Source of the DNA: Thermoproteota archaeon
Lineage (GTDB): Archaea; Thermoproteota; Bathyarchaeia; Bathyarchaeales; JAYEKF01
NCBI GenBank assembly: GCA_034660895.1
Contig: JAYEKF010000013.1
Span: 1-48,211, forward strand
Reading direction: 5' to 3'
Length of the DNA stretch: 48,211 bases
Below the pieces are notes generated by a model. That model was not told the origin of the DNA. It was given only the letters and a program-made list of their open reading frames with translations, and made no database searches. Made by a program: the position numbers and the translations under genes. Below, one piece after another: positions 18,433 through 28,348 of this stretch (position 1 is the stretch's first letter; the number at the start of each line of letters is the position of its first letter).

Positions 18433-19776
18433 ATGGTTTCCTTCATGCTTAGCATGCACATCGGATTTGACGACACAGACTCCCCTCAAGCTGGATGTAC
18501 TACCTACATAGCGGCGCTTCTCGTAGAGAAACTGGACAAGCTGGGCGTTTCATTCATTGACTACCCAAACCTTATCCGACTTAACCCTAATGTTCCATGG
18601 AAAACCCGCGGCAACGGCGCCCTTTGCCTACGAATTCAATGCAACGAAAACTTCAAACAGAAAATAAAAGAAATTGTAGTTGAAGCTGTAGAGAAAAACG
18701 CTGACATGAGTTGCCCAAACACTAACCCTGGCGCTGTCCTCTTTTACGAACGTAACATCCCAGAACAAATCAAAGTTTTCGCTCAAAAAACCATAAAAGG
18801 CGTCGTAAAAATCGGGGAAGCTTTAAAGCTCATCAAAAAGTTTAATGCAGATGCAGTTCGCTTTAAAAAAGGCAGAGGAATCATCGGAGGCTTAGCTGCC
18901 ATCGGTGAAACCTTAGAACGAGACCACACCTATGAAATTATCGCGTATCGAACCCCAGAAAACCGCGGTGAACCACGGAAAATAAATTCTTCATCCATCA
19001 AGGAAATGAATCAAAAAACAGCTCCTCTCACTTTCAACAACATTGACCCGGAAACTGATCGCATCCTTATCACACCGAGAGGGGCAGATCCAATTCTTTA
19101 CGGCATCCGAGGGGAAACCCCTGAAGCTGTTAAACAGGCACATCAAACGGTTGTCTCTGAGGAAATTGTAGAAAGGTGGGTTATTTTCCGCACCAACCAT
19201 GGAACTGACGCTCATTTAAAAAAAATTAAAGCAATCAACGAGGTCCAACCATTCCAACCAGTAATCGCTCGCGGAGTTGTAGCTGAAAAACCGTACATAG
19301 TTCCGAGAAGACACGTTATTTTTTCCATTCATGATGAAACAGCTAAAATAGACTGCGCTGCTTACGAGCCTACAGGAGCGCTTAGAAAAAACGCCAAAAA
19401 ACTGGTTGTCGGCGACTTTGTGCAGGTGTACGGTGGCGTTCGCCCTGCTTCCTCAGAACATCCTTTAACTGTTAACTTGGAAAAAATAAGAATTTTAGAA
19501 TTAGCTTCAAAAACCATTTTCCGTAATCCTTTGTGTCCTAAATGTGGCAGACGAATGAAATCGATGGGAATAGAAAAAGGGTTCAGATGCAAAAGATGCG
19601 GGTTTCGCTCTTCTGAAATGGAAAAAATAAGTGTTCAAGAAACTCGTGGCGTCGAAAAAAGGCTTTACGTTACTTCTCCTCGGTCGCAGAGACATCTAAC
19701 GAAGCCGCTTTGCAGATATGGAAAAGAGAAGGCTGATGCGCCTAAAACTCTGATTGATGGTTGGCATGGTCCATAA
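18433..19776 (+). CDS. tiaS: tRNA(Ile2) 2-agmatinylcytidine synthetase
   Basis: 447 aa with MHIGFDDTDSPQAGCTTYIAALL at the N-terminus and a C-terminal Zn ribbon CPKCGRRMKSMGIEKGFRCKRCG. The likely real start is ATG 18454. Confidence 0.85.
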   Translation: MVSFMLSMHIGFDDTDSPQAGCTTYIAALLVEKLDKLGVSFIDYPNLIRLNPNVPWKTRGNGALCLRIQCNENFKQKIKEIVVEAVEKNADMSCPNTNPGAVLFYERNIPEQIKVFAQKTIKGVVKIGEALKLIKKFNADAVRFKKGRGIIGGLAAIGETLERDHTYEIIAYRTPENRGEPRKINSSSIKEMNQKTAPLTFNNIDPETDRILITPRGADPILYGIRGETPEAVKQAHQTVVSEEIVERWVIFRTNHGTDAHLKKIKAINEVQPFQPVIARGVVAEKPYIVPRRHVIFSIHDETAKIDCAAYEPTGALRKNAKKLVVGDFVQVYGGVRPASSEHPLTVNLEKIRILELASKTIFRNPLCPKCGRRMKSMGIEKGFRCKRCGFRSSEMEKISVQETRGVEKRLYVTSPRSQRHLTKPLCRYGKEKADAPKTLIDGWHGP

Positions 19777-19787
19777 ACTCGTAGCTG

Positions 19788-20057
19788 TTAGTCTTCGTTT
19801 GCTTCTGAAACTTTGAACATTTCACAGAGAAGTCGATAGAGTTCCTTTCCCTCTTCAACCTTAGTGAACAATTCCTTCTCAGCCTTTAACACTTGCCTCG
19901 CCACTTTGTAGGTTTCTCTCCACTCCAGCTCCTTCCACATTAGCTTGTAGTTCTTCAGTTCAACCCATGCTCGAAAAACCAGCACTACAAACATACCTAA
20001 AGTTAGGAGCAGATTTAACAGGTATATGTACCACACGTCTAACGGCATCGTTTTCAC
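19788..20057 (-). CDS. hypothetical small membrane-anchored protein
   Basis: 89 aa with one N-terminal TM helix (VWYIYLLNLLLTLGMFVVLVF) and a charged helical tail. Confidence 0.4.
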   Translation of the reverse strand: MKTMPLDVWYIYLLNLLLTLGMFVVLVFRAWVELKNYKLMWKELEWRETYKVARQVLKAEKELFTKVEEGKELYRLLCEMFKVSEANED

Positions 20058-20243
20058 CTCTCTTATTATGTTACCAGCTAACGAGACAAAAAATTAGCTG
20101 ATAGACATTTAAATCATTCCATTTCACCGGTGGATGTGTATGATATGTGCGGTGGAGCAGAAAAGGACTTAACAACCAGTTCATCTCAGTAAACAAAAAT
20201 AAAGGGTGCCCCCGTTAAATCATAAAAGAAGGTTTAAACTTTC

Positions 20244-20552
20244 ATGAACGGCGTATTAACCTCTATCATTTACCAGCTTGGACTCGGCGGATTAGGCGGT
20301 TTCATAATTGGATACGCGGTTAAGAAGCTCACTAAGCTCCTAGCCATTCTCACAGGTCTTTTCTTCCTAGCTCTAGCGTATTTAGGTTATAAAGGCGTAA
20401 TCACCATAAAATATGAGGAATTAACTGAAGCAGTAAAAACTTTAATAGGTGCCACAGGAAAGGCGGTGGAATGGCTTGTTCCAATCATAGCCAGTCTACC
20501 GTTCACAGGAAGCTTGATAGTAGGTTTCCTACTTGGATTAAAAACCGGTTAG
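20244..20552 (+). CDS. FUN14-like small membrane protein
   Basis: 102 aa. GLGGLGGFIIGYAVKKLTK followed by further TM segments. Confidence 0.55.
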   Translation: MNGVLTSIIYQLGLGGLGGFIIGYAVKKLTKLLAILTGLFFLALAYLGYKGVITIKYEELTEAVKTLIGATGKAVEWLVPIIASLPFTGSLIVGFLLGLKTG

Positions 20553-20635
20553 GATGTGAACCATATTAATGTTTAAATGCTTCCAATCTTTAATTTTGAA
20601 GGTTAGCTTTCCACAGTGATTGGAGATACTTAGAG

Positions 20636-23428
20636 TTGCGTTTTCCTGAAAGCGAGTATCACGTCCCATTCTTTGACGAGTACGGGTACGTTAGAAAGTT
20701 GTGTCCGAAGTGCGGAGGATATTTTTGGACGCAAAACCCGGAGCAGAAGACTTGTGGAGAATCTACCTCGCATGGCTGCGCACCACTAACTTTTATTAAT
20801 AATTCCCCTACACATCGCCGCTATACTTTACAGGAGATGCGGGAGGCGTTTCTATCTTTTTTTGAAAAGCACGGACATGAAAGAATTCAACCGTATCCTG
20901 TGGTGGCTCGGTGGAGAGGTGACTTGTACTTAACCCACGCCAGCATCATCAACTTTCAACCGTACGTTACGAACGGAATTATTCCTCCACCGGCTAATCC
21001 TTTGGTGATAAGTCAACCCTGCATACGACTAGTGGACGTGGATGATGTGGGGCCCACATTTGGTCGACACTTAACTATTTTTGAGATGGGCGGTCATCAC
21101 GCCTTCAACTATCCGGATAAAGAGGTTTACTGGAAGGACCAAACTGTCCGCTATCATCACCAGTTTATCACAGAAGAGTTAGGGGTAAAATCTGAACAAG
21201 TTGTTTACAAGGAGGATGTATGGTCTGGAGGGGGAAACGCTGGACCAGATTTGGAGACCGTGGTTCGAGGGCTGGAACTTGCCACACTCGTGTTTATGAA
21301 GTTTAAGGTGGTTAACAGCGAGTTTATTGAGTTGCCCATACGAACCGTGGACACAGGCTACGGAATAGAACGGTACACTTGGCTCTCACAAGGCTCGGTG
21401 AGTTGTTTCCACACGCTGTACAGCCCAATTTTAGATAAGATTTCCAAGATGGCGGGAATCAGCCAAGTTGAAGACGATTTGTTGGCGAAAGCGGCGGAAC
21501 TATCGGGTGTGATGGAGTTAGAGAAAACGGCGGACCGCAGGGAAGCTCGGAGGAAAGTTGCAGAGCAAATGGGAATGGAAGTGAAGGAGTTAACCAAGTT
21601 GTTGTCGCCCATAGAAAACGTGTTTGCCGTTGCCGACCACACTAAATGTTTAACGTTTATGCTCGCTGAGGGAGTGGTGCCTTCCAACATGGGTGAAGGA
21701 TATCTGGCGCGGCTGATGATTCGACGAACCCACCGACTGCTTCGGCTGCTCGGCGTTGAGGAAAAACTGCTGGACATTATTGACATGCAAATCGGCTTTT
21801 GGTCTCCAGATTTTCCACGTTTAAAGAAAATGCGCGAGGAAATCTTAGAGATTCTTTCCGTGGAACAGGACAAGTTTCAGGAAACTCTGAAGCGTGGGCG
21901 TTCTCTGGTTAAACGAATCATCGGAAAATCAAAAGAGAAAGGTGCACCTCAAATTTTGAATGAAAGATTGGTTGAACTTTACGACTCGCATGGGCTTCCA
22001 CCCGAATTTGTTCAGGAAACAGCGGAACAGGAAAATGTGAAAGTGATTGTGCCTGAAAACTTCTATCGGATGGTAGCTGAACGGCACATGCAGGCGCCCT
22101 CGCAACGAGAAGACGAAACCGTGAAGACATTGGAAAACCAAGTTTACGACCTCCCACAAACAAAAATGCTCTATTACGAAAATCCCTACCTTTCCAAGTT
22201 TGAAGCAAAAGTTCTGCAAGTTTTAGATGAGCAGATGATGGTTTTAGAAAAAACCGCGTTTTACCCAGAGGGGGGAGGACAACCCGCAGACAAAGGCTAC
22301 TTCACGTTTGATGGAAATCGGTCGGAAGTGGTGAATGTCCAAAAAGTTGGGAAAGTGATTGTTCACAAGCTGAAGGGTGAGATGCCAAAAAAAGGAGATA
22401 AAGTGGAGGGAAAAATTGATTGGAGGCAACGCAGTATTCTAATGAAACAGCACACTGCAACTCATGTTTTAATGGGCGCCGCACGCCGCGTGCTAGGCGA
22501 ACACGTTTGGCAAGCCGGCGCACAGAAAGGAGTAGAACACTCAAGATTAGACATCTCACACTTTCGAAGATTGACACTTGAGGAAACACAAAAGATTGAA
22601 ACCTTAGCAAATCAAGCCGTAACGCGGAACATACCAGTAGAAACATCTTGGATGCCGCGGGGAGAAGCTGAAAAACGGTATGGTTTCCGACTTTATCAGG
22701 GAGGAGCGGTACCCGGCAAGGAAATTCGCGTTGTAAAAATAGGCGACTGGGATGTGGAAGCTTGTGCAGGAACCCACGTGCGGAACACTGGAGAAATCGG
22801 GTTCATCAAAGTTGTCCACACCGAAAGAGTGCAAGACGGTGTAGAGCGACTCATTTTCAGCGCAGGTCTTCCAGCTCTGAAATCCGTGCAGGAAAGTGAC
22901 CGGTTACTTTGGAAGCTTTCGGAAGCTTTGAATGCCCCGCGAGAAAAGATTGTTAAAACTGCAGAACGACTCGTGAGGGAGTGGAAAGAAGCACGAAAAG
23001 AAAAGGAACGTCTTATCAAAAAAATTGCTCAGGAAAGTTTGAAGCATACAGACATGATGAAAGCTGTGGCAACAAAGCTGATTGACAATGTGAATTTTTC
23101 GGAGGGAGAGTTCAAGCCCGCCGATGTTGACCTTATGATTCAAACAGCCAACGAGCTGGTAAAAAAAGACTCTACAGTTGTCGCTGTATTTTACGGAATT
23201 AAAGACAAAACTGTTAGATTTGTGGTCGTGGCTGGGGCGGATGCAGTAAACCGTGGCGTTAACGCTGGCAAAATCGCTGAACAAATGGCATCCATAGTTG
23301 GTGGTGGAGGCGGTGGGAGACCAGATTTCGCTCAAGGAGGCGGAACAAAAACCGATAAGGTGCCCAAGGCATTGCAGAAGGCGGAACAAACGATAAGAAA
23401 GCAGGTTGGAACAAGCGCAAGAAATTAA
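20636..23428 (+). CDS. alaS: alanine--tRNA ligase (archaeal type)
   Basis: 930 aa with a TTG start. N-terminal Zn-binding CPKCGGYFWT, an editing-domain HTATH...CAGTHV motif and a C-terminal DHHA1-like GGGGGGRPDFAQGGG. Confidence 0.95.
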   Translation: MRFPESEYHVPFFDEYGYVRKLCPKCGGYFWTQNPEQKTCGESTSHGCAPLTFINNSPTHRRYTLQEMREAFLSFFEKHGHERIQPYPVVARWRGDLYLTHASIINFQPYVTNGIIPPPANPLVISQPCIRLVDVDDVGPTFGRHLTIFEMGGHHAFNYPDKEVYWKDQTVRYHHQFITEELGVKSEQVVYKEDVWSGGGNAGPDLETVVRGLELATLVFMKFKVVNSEFIELPIRTVDTGYGIERYTWLSQGSVSCFHTLYSPILDKISKMAGISQVEDDLLAKAAELSGVMELEKTADRREARRKVAEQMGMEVKELTKLLSPIENVFAVADHTKCLTFMLAEGVVPSNMGEGYLARLMIRRTHRLLRLLGVEEKLLDIIDMQIGFWSPDFPRLKKMREEILEILSVEQDKFQETLKRGRSLVKRIIGKSKEKGAPQILNERLVELYDSHGLPPEFVQETAEQENVKVIVPENFYRMVAERHMQAPSQREDETVKTLENQVYDLPQTKMLYYENPYLSKFEAKVLQVLDEQMMVLEKTAFYPEGGGQPADKGYFTFDGNRSEVVNVQKVGKVIVHKLKGEMPKKGDKVEGKIDWRQRSILMKQHTATHVLMGAARRVLGEHVWQAGAQKGVEHSRLDISHFRRLTLEETQKIETLANQAVTRNIPVETSWMPRGEAEKRYGFRLYQGGAVPGKEIRVVKIGDWDVEACAGTHVRNTGEIGFIKVVHTERVQDGVERLIFSAGLPALKSVQESDRLLWKLSEALNAPREKIVKTAERLVREWKEARKEKERLIKKIAQESLKHTDMMKAVATKLIDNVNFSEGEFKPADVDLMIQTANELVKKDSTVVAVFYGIKDKTVRFVVVAGADAVNRGVNAGKIAEQMASIVGGGGGGRPDFAQGGGTKTDKVPKALQKAEQTIRKQVGTSARN

Positions 23429-23534
23429 AGCAACCCTTTACAACTATACTATGTGGTGCGAAAATTGAGGAATCGTTTCCTCTTCAAAGAATAACCAAAC
23501 CGTTAATAAGTACCAGAATAGTTCAGAATTTTTC

Positions 23535-26414
23535 ATGAAGTTCTTAACGCATATCGAGGAAAAATGGCAGAAAAAATGGGAAAACAAGAAGATTTTTGAG
23601 GCAGACCCAGACCCAAACCGCAAGAAATGTTTTGTTACGTTCCCATATTCATACGCGAATGGCCCACTCCACGTTGGACATGGCTTCACCGCCACCCGCG
23701 TTGACGTGTACGCAAGGTTTAAGCGGATGCAAGGCTACAACGTTTTGTTTCCTTGGGCCTGGCATTGGACGGGTGAAACCATCGCCGGAGCAAGTGAACG
23801 GATTAAACAAGGAGACAAGTCGTTCATACGAGCGTTAACAGAAATCGATGGTGTACCCGAAGAGGAATTAGAGAAGCTTGTCAACCCAGTGTACATGGCT
23901 TCTTACTACACTAACGAAAACCGTGAAACTGTTAAACGCGCTGGCTTTTCCATTGACTGGAGAAGAGAGTTTCACACAACCAGCCCAACATTCAACAAGT
24001 TCATTGAGTGGCAATACAAGCATCTGAGGGAAAAGGGTTATGTGGTTAAGGGAACCCACCCAGTTGTGTGGTGTCCACATTGCCAAAGCCCAACTGGAGA
24101 CGCAGACCGACAAGAAGGAGAAGGAGTTTCGCCTGAAGAATACACGCTTATAAAATTCGAGTTCGAAAACAGCTACTTACCCGCCGCAACCTTCCGACCT
24201 GAAACCATCTACGCTGTCACTAACATGTGGATACACCCAGACGCCCATTATGTTGAAGCACAAGTTGACGACGAAAAATGGATTGTCAGTAAAGTCGCCG
24301 CTGAAAAACTGAAAGAACAAAAACGAAACGTAAAAATCATTCGCGAATTTAAGGGCAGAGAAATCGTTGGAAAAAATTTTGTAAATCCAATTAACAAACA
24401 AAGTTTGCCTATTCTGCCAGGATGGTTCGTTAACCCAAAGAACGGTACAGGCGTTGTTTACAGCGTTCCAGCTCACGCACCATACGATTGGCTAGCGTTA
24501 AGAGACTTGCAAAGGAATCCAGAATCGTTACGTGAGTTCGGCGTAGACGCCTCTGCGGTAAAAAGTATAGAGCCAATTTCTATGATTCAAGTAGAAGGTT
24601 TCGGAGAATACCCAGCGGTTGAAATTGTGGAACAATTAGAGGTGAAATATCAGAACGACCCAAAAGCGGAAGAAGCGACAAAAACTCTTTACAAGAAGGA
24701 GTTTCACGGAGGCGTCTTGAAGCAAATCTGCGGGGAATACGCTGGGAAGATGGTGCGTGAAGTTAAGGAACCGCTGATTCAAAACTTCAAACGAAAAAAC
24801 ATCGCTGACTCCATGTACGACTTACCTCAACCAGTTGTTTGCCGGTGCCTAACACCATGCATCGTTAAGGTGCTGGAAGGTCAATGGTTCCTGAAATACT
24901 CTGATAACGCATGGAAAGAAAAAACCAAAGAGGCGTTGACACAAATTTCCATTTACCCGAAAACAGCGGAACAATGGTTCATCACAATCATAGATTGGTT
25001 AAGGGAGTGGGCTTGCGCAAGGAAAACCGGTTTGGGAACCCCGCTTCCATGGAGCCCAGACTGGGTTGTGGAAACATTAAGCGACTCCACCGTTTACATG
25101 GCCTTCTACACCATTAACAAACATGTCACGCAACATGACTTAACATCGGAGCAATTAACTCCAGAAGTGCTTGACTACATTTTCCAAGGTGAAGGAAACA
25201 TTAACAATGTGGCTGAAAACTCCCGCATCAGTCCAGAAATTTTGGAATCAATGCGAAACGAGTTCCTCTACTGGTATCCAGTAGACTTGAGAGTTTCAGG
25301 CAAGGAGCTTGTGCCAAACCATTTAACATTCTACATTTTCCACCATGTGGCGCTATTTCCACCAGAACATTGGCCAAAAGCAATCGGCGTCAACGGAATG
25401 CTGATGAGTGAGGGAAACAAAATGTCTAAGTCCAAAGGAAACTTCGTCACGCTGAAAAGCGCCATAGAACAGTATGGAGCAGACCCTACACGATGCGCAC
25501 TGCTACTCGGCGCAGAAGAAATGGATGACCCGGACTGGAGAAAAGAAAACGTCCGAGACGTGAGAAACAAAATTGAATCCTTCTACAAACTAGCTGAAAA
25601 CATTGTAAAAACTGCAGAAGAAGAAAAAACTGGACATTTAGAAAAGTGGCTAACCAGCAGACTGCAACATCAAATCAAAACAGTAACTGAAAGCCTTGAA
25701 GAAATGAAAACCCGAACAGCCGTGGAAACCGCTTTATTCGAGGTGTGGAAAGACATCCGTTGGTACACACGAAGAAAAGGAACAGCAAACACAAAGACGC
25801 TGAAAAAAACCTTGAACACTTGGGTGCGACTGCTCGCTCCGTTCATACCCCACATCTGCGAGGAAATATGGAATAAAATGCATGAAGAAGAACTTGTTTC
25901 ATCAGCCGACTGGCCTAAATACAACGACAAAAAAGTGAACATTCAAGCTGAGGAAAACGAGCTTCTAATTAAAAACGTGTTCAGCGACACTCAAAACATC
26001 ATCCAAGCAACAAAAATCAAACCAAAAAAAATATGCTACTACGTCGCAACCCCATGGAAATGGAAAGCCTACCTAACATCATTAAAGAAAGCCATTAACA
26101 AACGGGCGACCGTGAGTAGCTTAATGAAAGAATTAACGGCTGACCCCGAGTTAAAAAAGAAGGTGAAAGACATTGCAAAATTCATCCCCAAAATTCTCAA
26201 CGACGTCAACCAAGCCTCAGACGACAAAAAACAAAGGAGAGTTGAAATAGGCATCTTGGATGAAAACATGGTCCTGAAAGAGGCGAAGAGTTTCTTCCAA
26301 CGAGAATTTGATGCAGAAATCTACGTTTACCAAGAAGCCAACCCGCAACGTTACGACCCAAAACAGAGAAGCCGAATAGCTAGACCGTACAGACCCGCCA
26401 TCTACATAGAATAA
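23535..26414 (+). CDS. leuS: leucine--tRNA ligase (archaeal type)
   Basis: 959 aa with a HIGH-type motif (PLHVGHGFT) and KMSKS (KMSKSKGN). Confidence 0.95.
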   Translation: MKFLTHIEEKWQKKWENKKIFEADPDPNRKKCFVTFPYSYANGPLHVGHGFTATRVDVYARFKRMQGYNVLFPWAWHWTGETIAGASERIKQGDKSFIRALTEIDGVPEEELEKLVNPVYMASYYTNENRETVKRAGFSIDWRREFHTTSPTFNKFIEWQYKHLREKGYVVKGTHPVVWCPHCQSPTGDADRQEGEGVSPEEYTLIKFEFENSYLPAATFRPETIYAVTNMWIHPDAHYVEAQVDDEKWIVSKVAAEKLKEQKRNVKIIREFKGREIVGKNFVNPINKQSLPILPGWFVNPKNGTGVVYSVPAHAPYDWLALRDLQRNPESLREFGVDASAVKSIEPISMIQVEGFGEYPAVEIVEQLEVKYQNDPKAEEATKTLYKKEFHGGVLKQICGEYAGKMVREVKEPLIQNFKRKNIADSMYDLPQPVVCRCLTPCIVKVLEGQWFLKYSDNAWKEKTKEALTQISIYPKTAEQWFITIIDWLREWACARKTGLGTPLPWSPDWVVETLSDSTVYMAFYTINKHVTQHDLTSEQLTPEVLDYIFQGEGNINNVAENSRISPEILESMRNEFLYWYPVDLRVSGKELVPNHLTFYIFHHVALFPPEHWPKAIGVNGMLMSEGNKMSKSKGNFVTLKSAIEQYGADPTRCALLLGAEEMDDPDWRKENVRDVRNKIESFYKLAENIVKTAEEEKTGHLEKWLTSRLQHQIKTVTESLEEMKTRTAVETALFEVWKDIRWYTRRKGTANTKTLKKTLNTWVRLLAPFIPHICEEIWNKMHEEELVSSADWPKYNDKKVNIQAEENELLIKNVFSDTQNIIQATKIKPKKICYYVATPWKWKAYLTSLKKAINKRATVSSLMKELTADPELKKKVKDIAKFIPKILNDVNQASDDKKQRRVEIGILDENMVLKEAKSFFQREFDAEIYVYQEANPQRYDPKQRSRIARPYRPAIYIE

Positions 26415-26511
26415 AAATAAACTTAACCATAAAGGAAAACGCAAAACCATCCGAAACAACAGTGAATGAAAGAATTATATCAAAGAAAACCAAAGACTAT
26501 GCCCGTTAAAT

Positions 26512-26622
26512 GGGCCCGTGGCGCAGCATGGATTTCTCCCACCAGAAAGCGCGTCGGCCTTCTAATTGGATGACAAAGGGGATAGCCGAAGATCCGGGGT
26601 TCAAATCCCCGCGGGCCCGCCA
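26512..26622 (+). tRNA. tRNA-Arg(UCU) with a canonical 19-nt anticodon-loop intron (37/38), a 16-nt D-loop insert, and encoded CCA
   Basis: GGGCCCG-UG-GCGC-AGCAUGGA[UUUCUCCCACCAGAAA]GCGC-G-UCGGC-CUUCUA[AUUGGAUGACAAAGGGGAU]A-GCCGA-AGAUC-CGGGG-UUCAAAU-CCCCG-CGGGCCC-G-CCA. The anticodon intron shows a BHB (CUUC/GGGG helix, bulges UAA and AUA). The D-loop insert is a hairpin for which I could not find a clean BHB. Confidence 0.85.
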
Positions 26623-26830
26623 AGAAGGTTAATTCCAAAGATTTGTTTCTCCCTTGAGTTTATGAAGCTGGAACATGAAGCAAAAATCTCCATTTTCTCA
26701 TGTGAAGAAGATGCTTGCTGAGGCTAAAGTTCCCTAGACTGAAAACATAGGAGAAAATAACGATTAACAGAAACGTTTAAGCACTCAAAGGAGAAAAGTT
26801 AAACGGTTAAGCCAACGCTGAACTTGTGTT

Positions 26831-26876
26831 GGAGGCGTGTCACCGCCTAGCCCATAATGAGGGGTAGAAAGAGAAC
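26831..26876 (+). repeat. leader-module copy A (degenerate)
   Basis: GGAGGCGTGTCACCGCCTAGCCCATAATGAGGGGTAGAAAGAGAAC, upstream of the 26950 membrane-protein gene. Confidence 0.8.
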
Positions 26877-26949
26877 AACAATTGGAGGCAAAAATAGTGT
26901 GGAAACTGACAAAGGGTAACGTTGGAATTGTGTTGGGCTTTCTGGGGGA

Positions 26950-27309
26950 GTGATGTCTATTCTAGAATCTGGTGTTATCTTAGCTTACGCCTATGAGATG
27001 GGTCGTATCGGTGAGGGTTGGGGGCTGGTGGGTCTCGGAGTGGGCATCCTAGCAACGATAGGAGTCGTGATGGTGTACAAGGGCATCAGACTTGCTGGTG
27101 CACTGATAACATTCTTCTCAACCCTGGTAGGTCAGCTGAGCGGCGGAGCTATCGGGCTTGCCCTATGGGTGCTAATTGGTGGTCCAACAGCTCGCGCAAT
27201 ATTCAACACGGGCTTGAGATTTGCTGTTCCCAGCGGGACGATACTCAGTTTAATCGGCAGCGTTACTATACTGGCTGCCATCTGGAAAAGCAGAAGGGAG
27301 GTGGCCTAG
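26950..27309 (+). CDS. hypothetical Gly-rich integral membrane protein (about 4 TM)
   Basis: 119 aa (ATG at 26953). GWGLVGLGVGILATIGVVMV, GALITFFSTLVGQL, GLALWVLIGG, ILSLIGSVTILAAIW. Confidence 0.5.
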   Translation: MMSILESGVILAYAYEMGRIGEGWGLVGLGVGILATIGVVMVYKGIRLAGALITFFSTLVGQLSGGAIGLALWVLIGGPTARAIFNTGLRFAVPSGTILSLIGSVTILAAIWKSRREVA

Positions 27310-27426
27310 CCCTAATTGAAGGGTAGAAAGAGAACCATGAAAAATAAAATTGGGAAAGAAAATGAGAAAAGTTGAATGGAACCGGAAAACGATATCAGTT
27401 GTTTTGTTAGCAGTGGTTTTATCAAT
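27297..27426 (+). repeat. leader-module copy B (extends into the signal-peptide coding region of 27362)
   Basis: From CCTAGCCCTAATTGAAGGGTAGAAAGAGAACCATGAAAAATAAAATTGGGAAAGAAAATGAGAAAAGTTGAATGGAACCGGAAAAC... it is near-identical to copy C over ~120 nt. The 5' hairpin part is shortened and overlaps the stop of the preceding gene. Confidence 0.85.
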
Positions 27427-28348
27427 AAGTCTTCTGATTGGATTCCAATTAACTAATACTGGGATGAATCCAGAACTCGAAACCGTTACGGTGGAGGCGG
27501 TCCGTTGGCAGATTGATAGACCTTCAGATGATGTTCACTTTAACGAGAGAATCGAAAAAGCTAGTACTAACGATTGGGCGTCAGTGGGTATTGGTGTGGA
27601 GATATGCACCTACCATGAAGATGAGAGCAATTACCCGTATGAACATAGAGATGGCGTTGGCCTTAATGTTGATTTCAACGCAACGGTGCTTCCGGGTTTC
27701 ACCGCTTCCACCACGGTTAGGTTCCGTCCGGACGAGAAAGCCAGCACATACGCTTCTTCGACGTATATGGTGAAACACAACCTCACAGTTAAAAGAATGA
27801 AGCGGTTTGGCACCAATACCAGCGAAGCATACATCTTAGCCACAGCCACAAACTCATCCTGCTCTCTCAAGACACGGAGTGACTGGGTGTTCATGGATCA
27901 AGATTTGGAGGAGCATCAACTGAAAGTGGTGTTCGAGTTCACCTATCGAAACGCCACTGTACACAGGAAAATCATACTTCCCATAATATTGAATATGGTG
28001 CAGGATGTGGGGGAAACCTTTGACGCAGCGAAGAATATGACGGTTGGTGAACATCGAGGATGCCTTGACGGGGTGGATTACATCGACATGTACGCCATAA
28101 ACGTGCAGAACGGGGAAACCATAAACCTCACTATGACCCCGCCGGAGGACGTCAATTACGACCTGTACCTCTACAACCCCGATCGACAAGAGGTAGCCAA
28201 CTCCACGCAAAACGGAAACGCAGCCGAATCCATCACTTACCAAGCCAACCAAACTGGAACATGGTACGTAAGGGTAAAGCTAACCGAGCGCATGGGGTAC
28301 CCGAACAAGGGAATCTATGATCTCAATCTGCAGGTGCGGGCGCCATGA
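27362..28348 (+). CDS. secreted or membrane-anchored protein with a C-terminal PPC-like (pre-peptidase C-terminal) domain
   Basis: Real start is probably ATG 27362 (MRKVEWNRKTISVVLLAVVLSISLL, signal/anchor). The C-terminus DGVDYIDMYAINVQNGETINLTMTPPEDVNYDLYLYNPDRQEVANS...GTWYVRVKL fits the PPC pattern. Many NxS/T sequons. Confidence 0.6.
   Translation: MRKVEWNRKTISVVLLAVVLSISLLIGFQLTNTGMNPELETVTVEAVRWQIDRPSDDVHFNERIEKASTNDWASVGIGVEICTYHEDESNYPYEHRDGVGLNVDFNATVLPGFTASTTVRFRPDEKASTYASSTYMVKHNLTVKRMKRFGTNTSEAYILATATNSSCSLKTRSDWVFMDQDLEEHQLKVVFEFTYRNATVHRKIILPIILNMVQDVGETFDAAKNMTVGEHRGCLDGVDYIDMYAINVQNGETINLTMTPPEDVNYDLYLYNPDRQEVANSTQNGNAAESITYQANQTGTWYVRVKLTERMGYPNKGIYDLNLQVRAP

Noticed and set aside
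21358-23389. Long antisense ORFs (up to 171 aa) opposite alaS; similar ones occur opposite leuS (23868..26459) and the subtilase (30809..31333)
   Set aside because: These are shadow ORFs within confidently identified large genes, with Ser/Arg/Phe-rich compositions and no motifs.
26529-26546. A canonical BHB fold for the D-loop insert of tRNA-Arg
   Set aside because: I tried several registers. The best central helix (GCAU/GCGC) has an A-C mismatch, and its predicted cut sites would delete the D-stem. The insert is therefore reported only as a putative intron.
27018-27326. 102-aa alternative-frame ORF overlapping the 119-aa membrane-protein gene
   Set aside because: It is Arg/Gly/Ser/Gln/Asn-rich with no hydrophobic core. 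The other frame gives clean TM helices.
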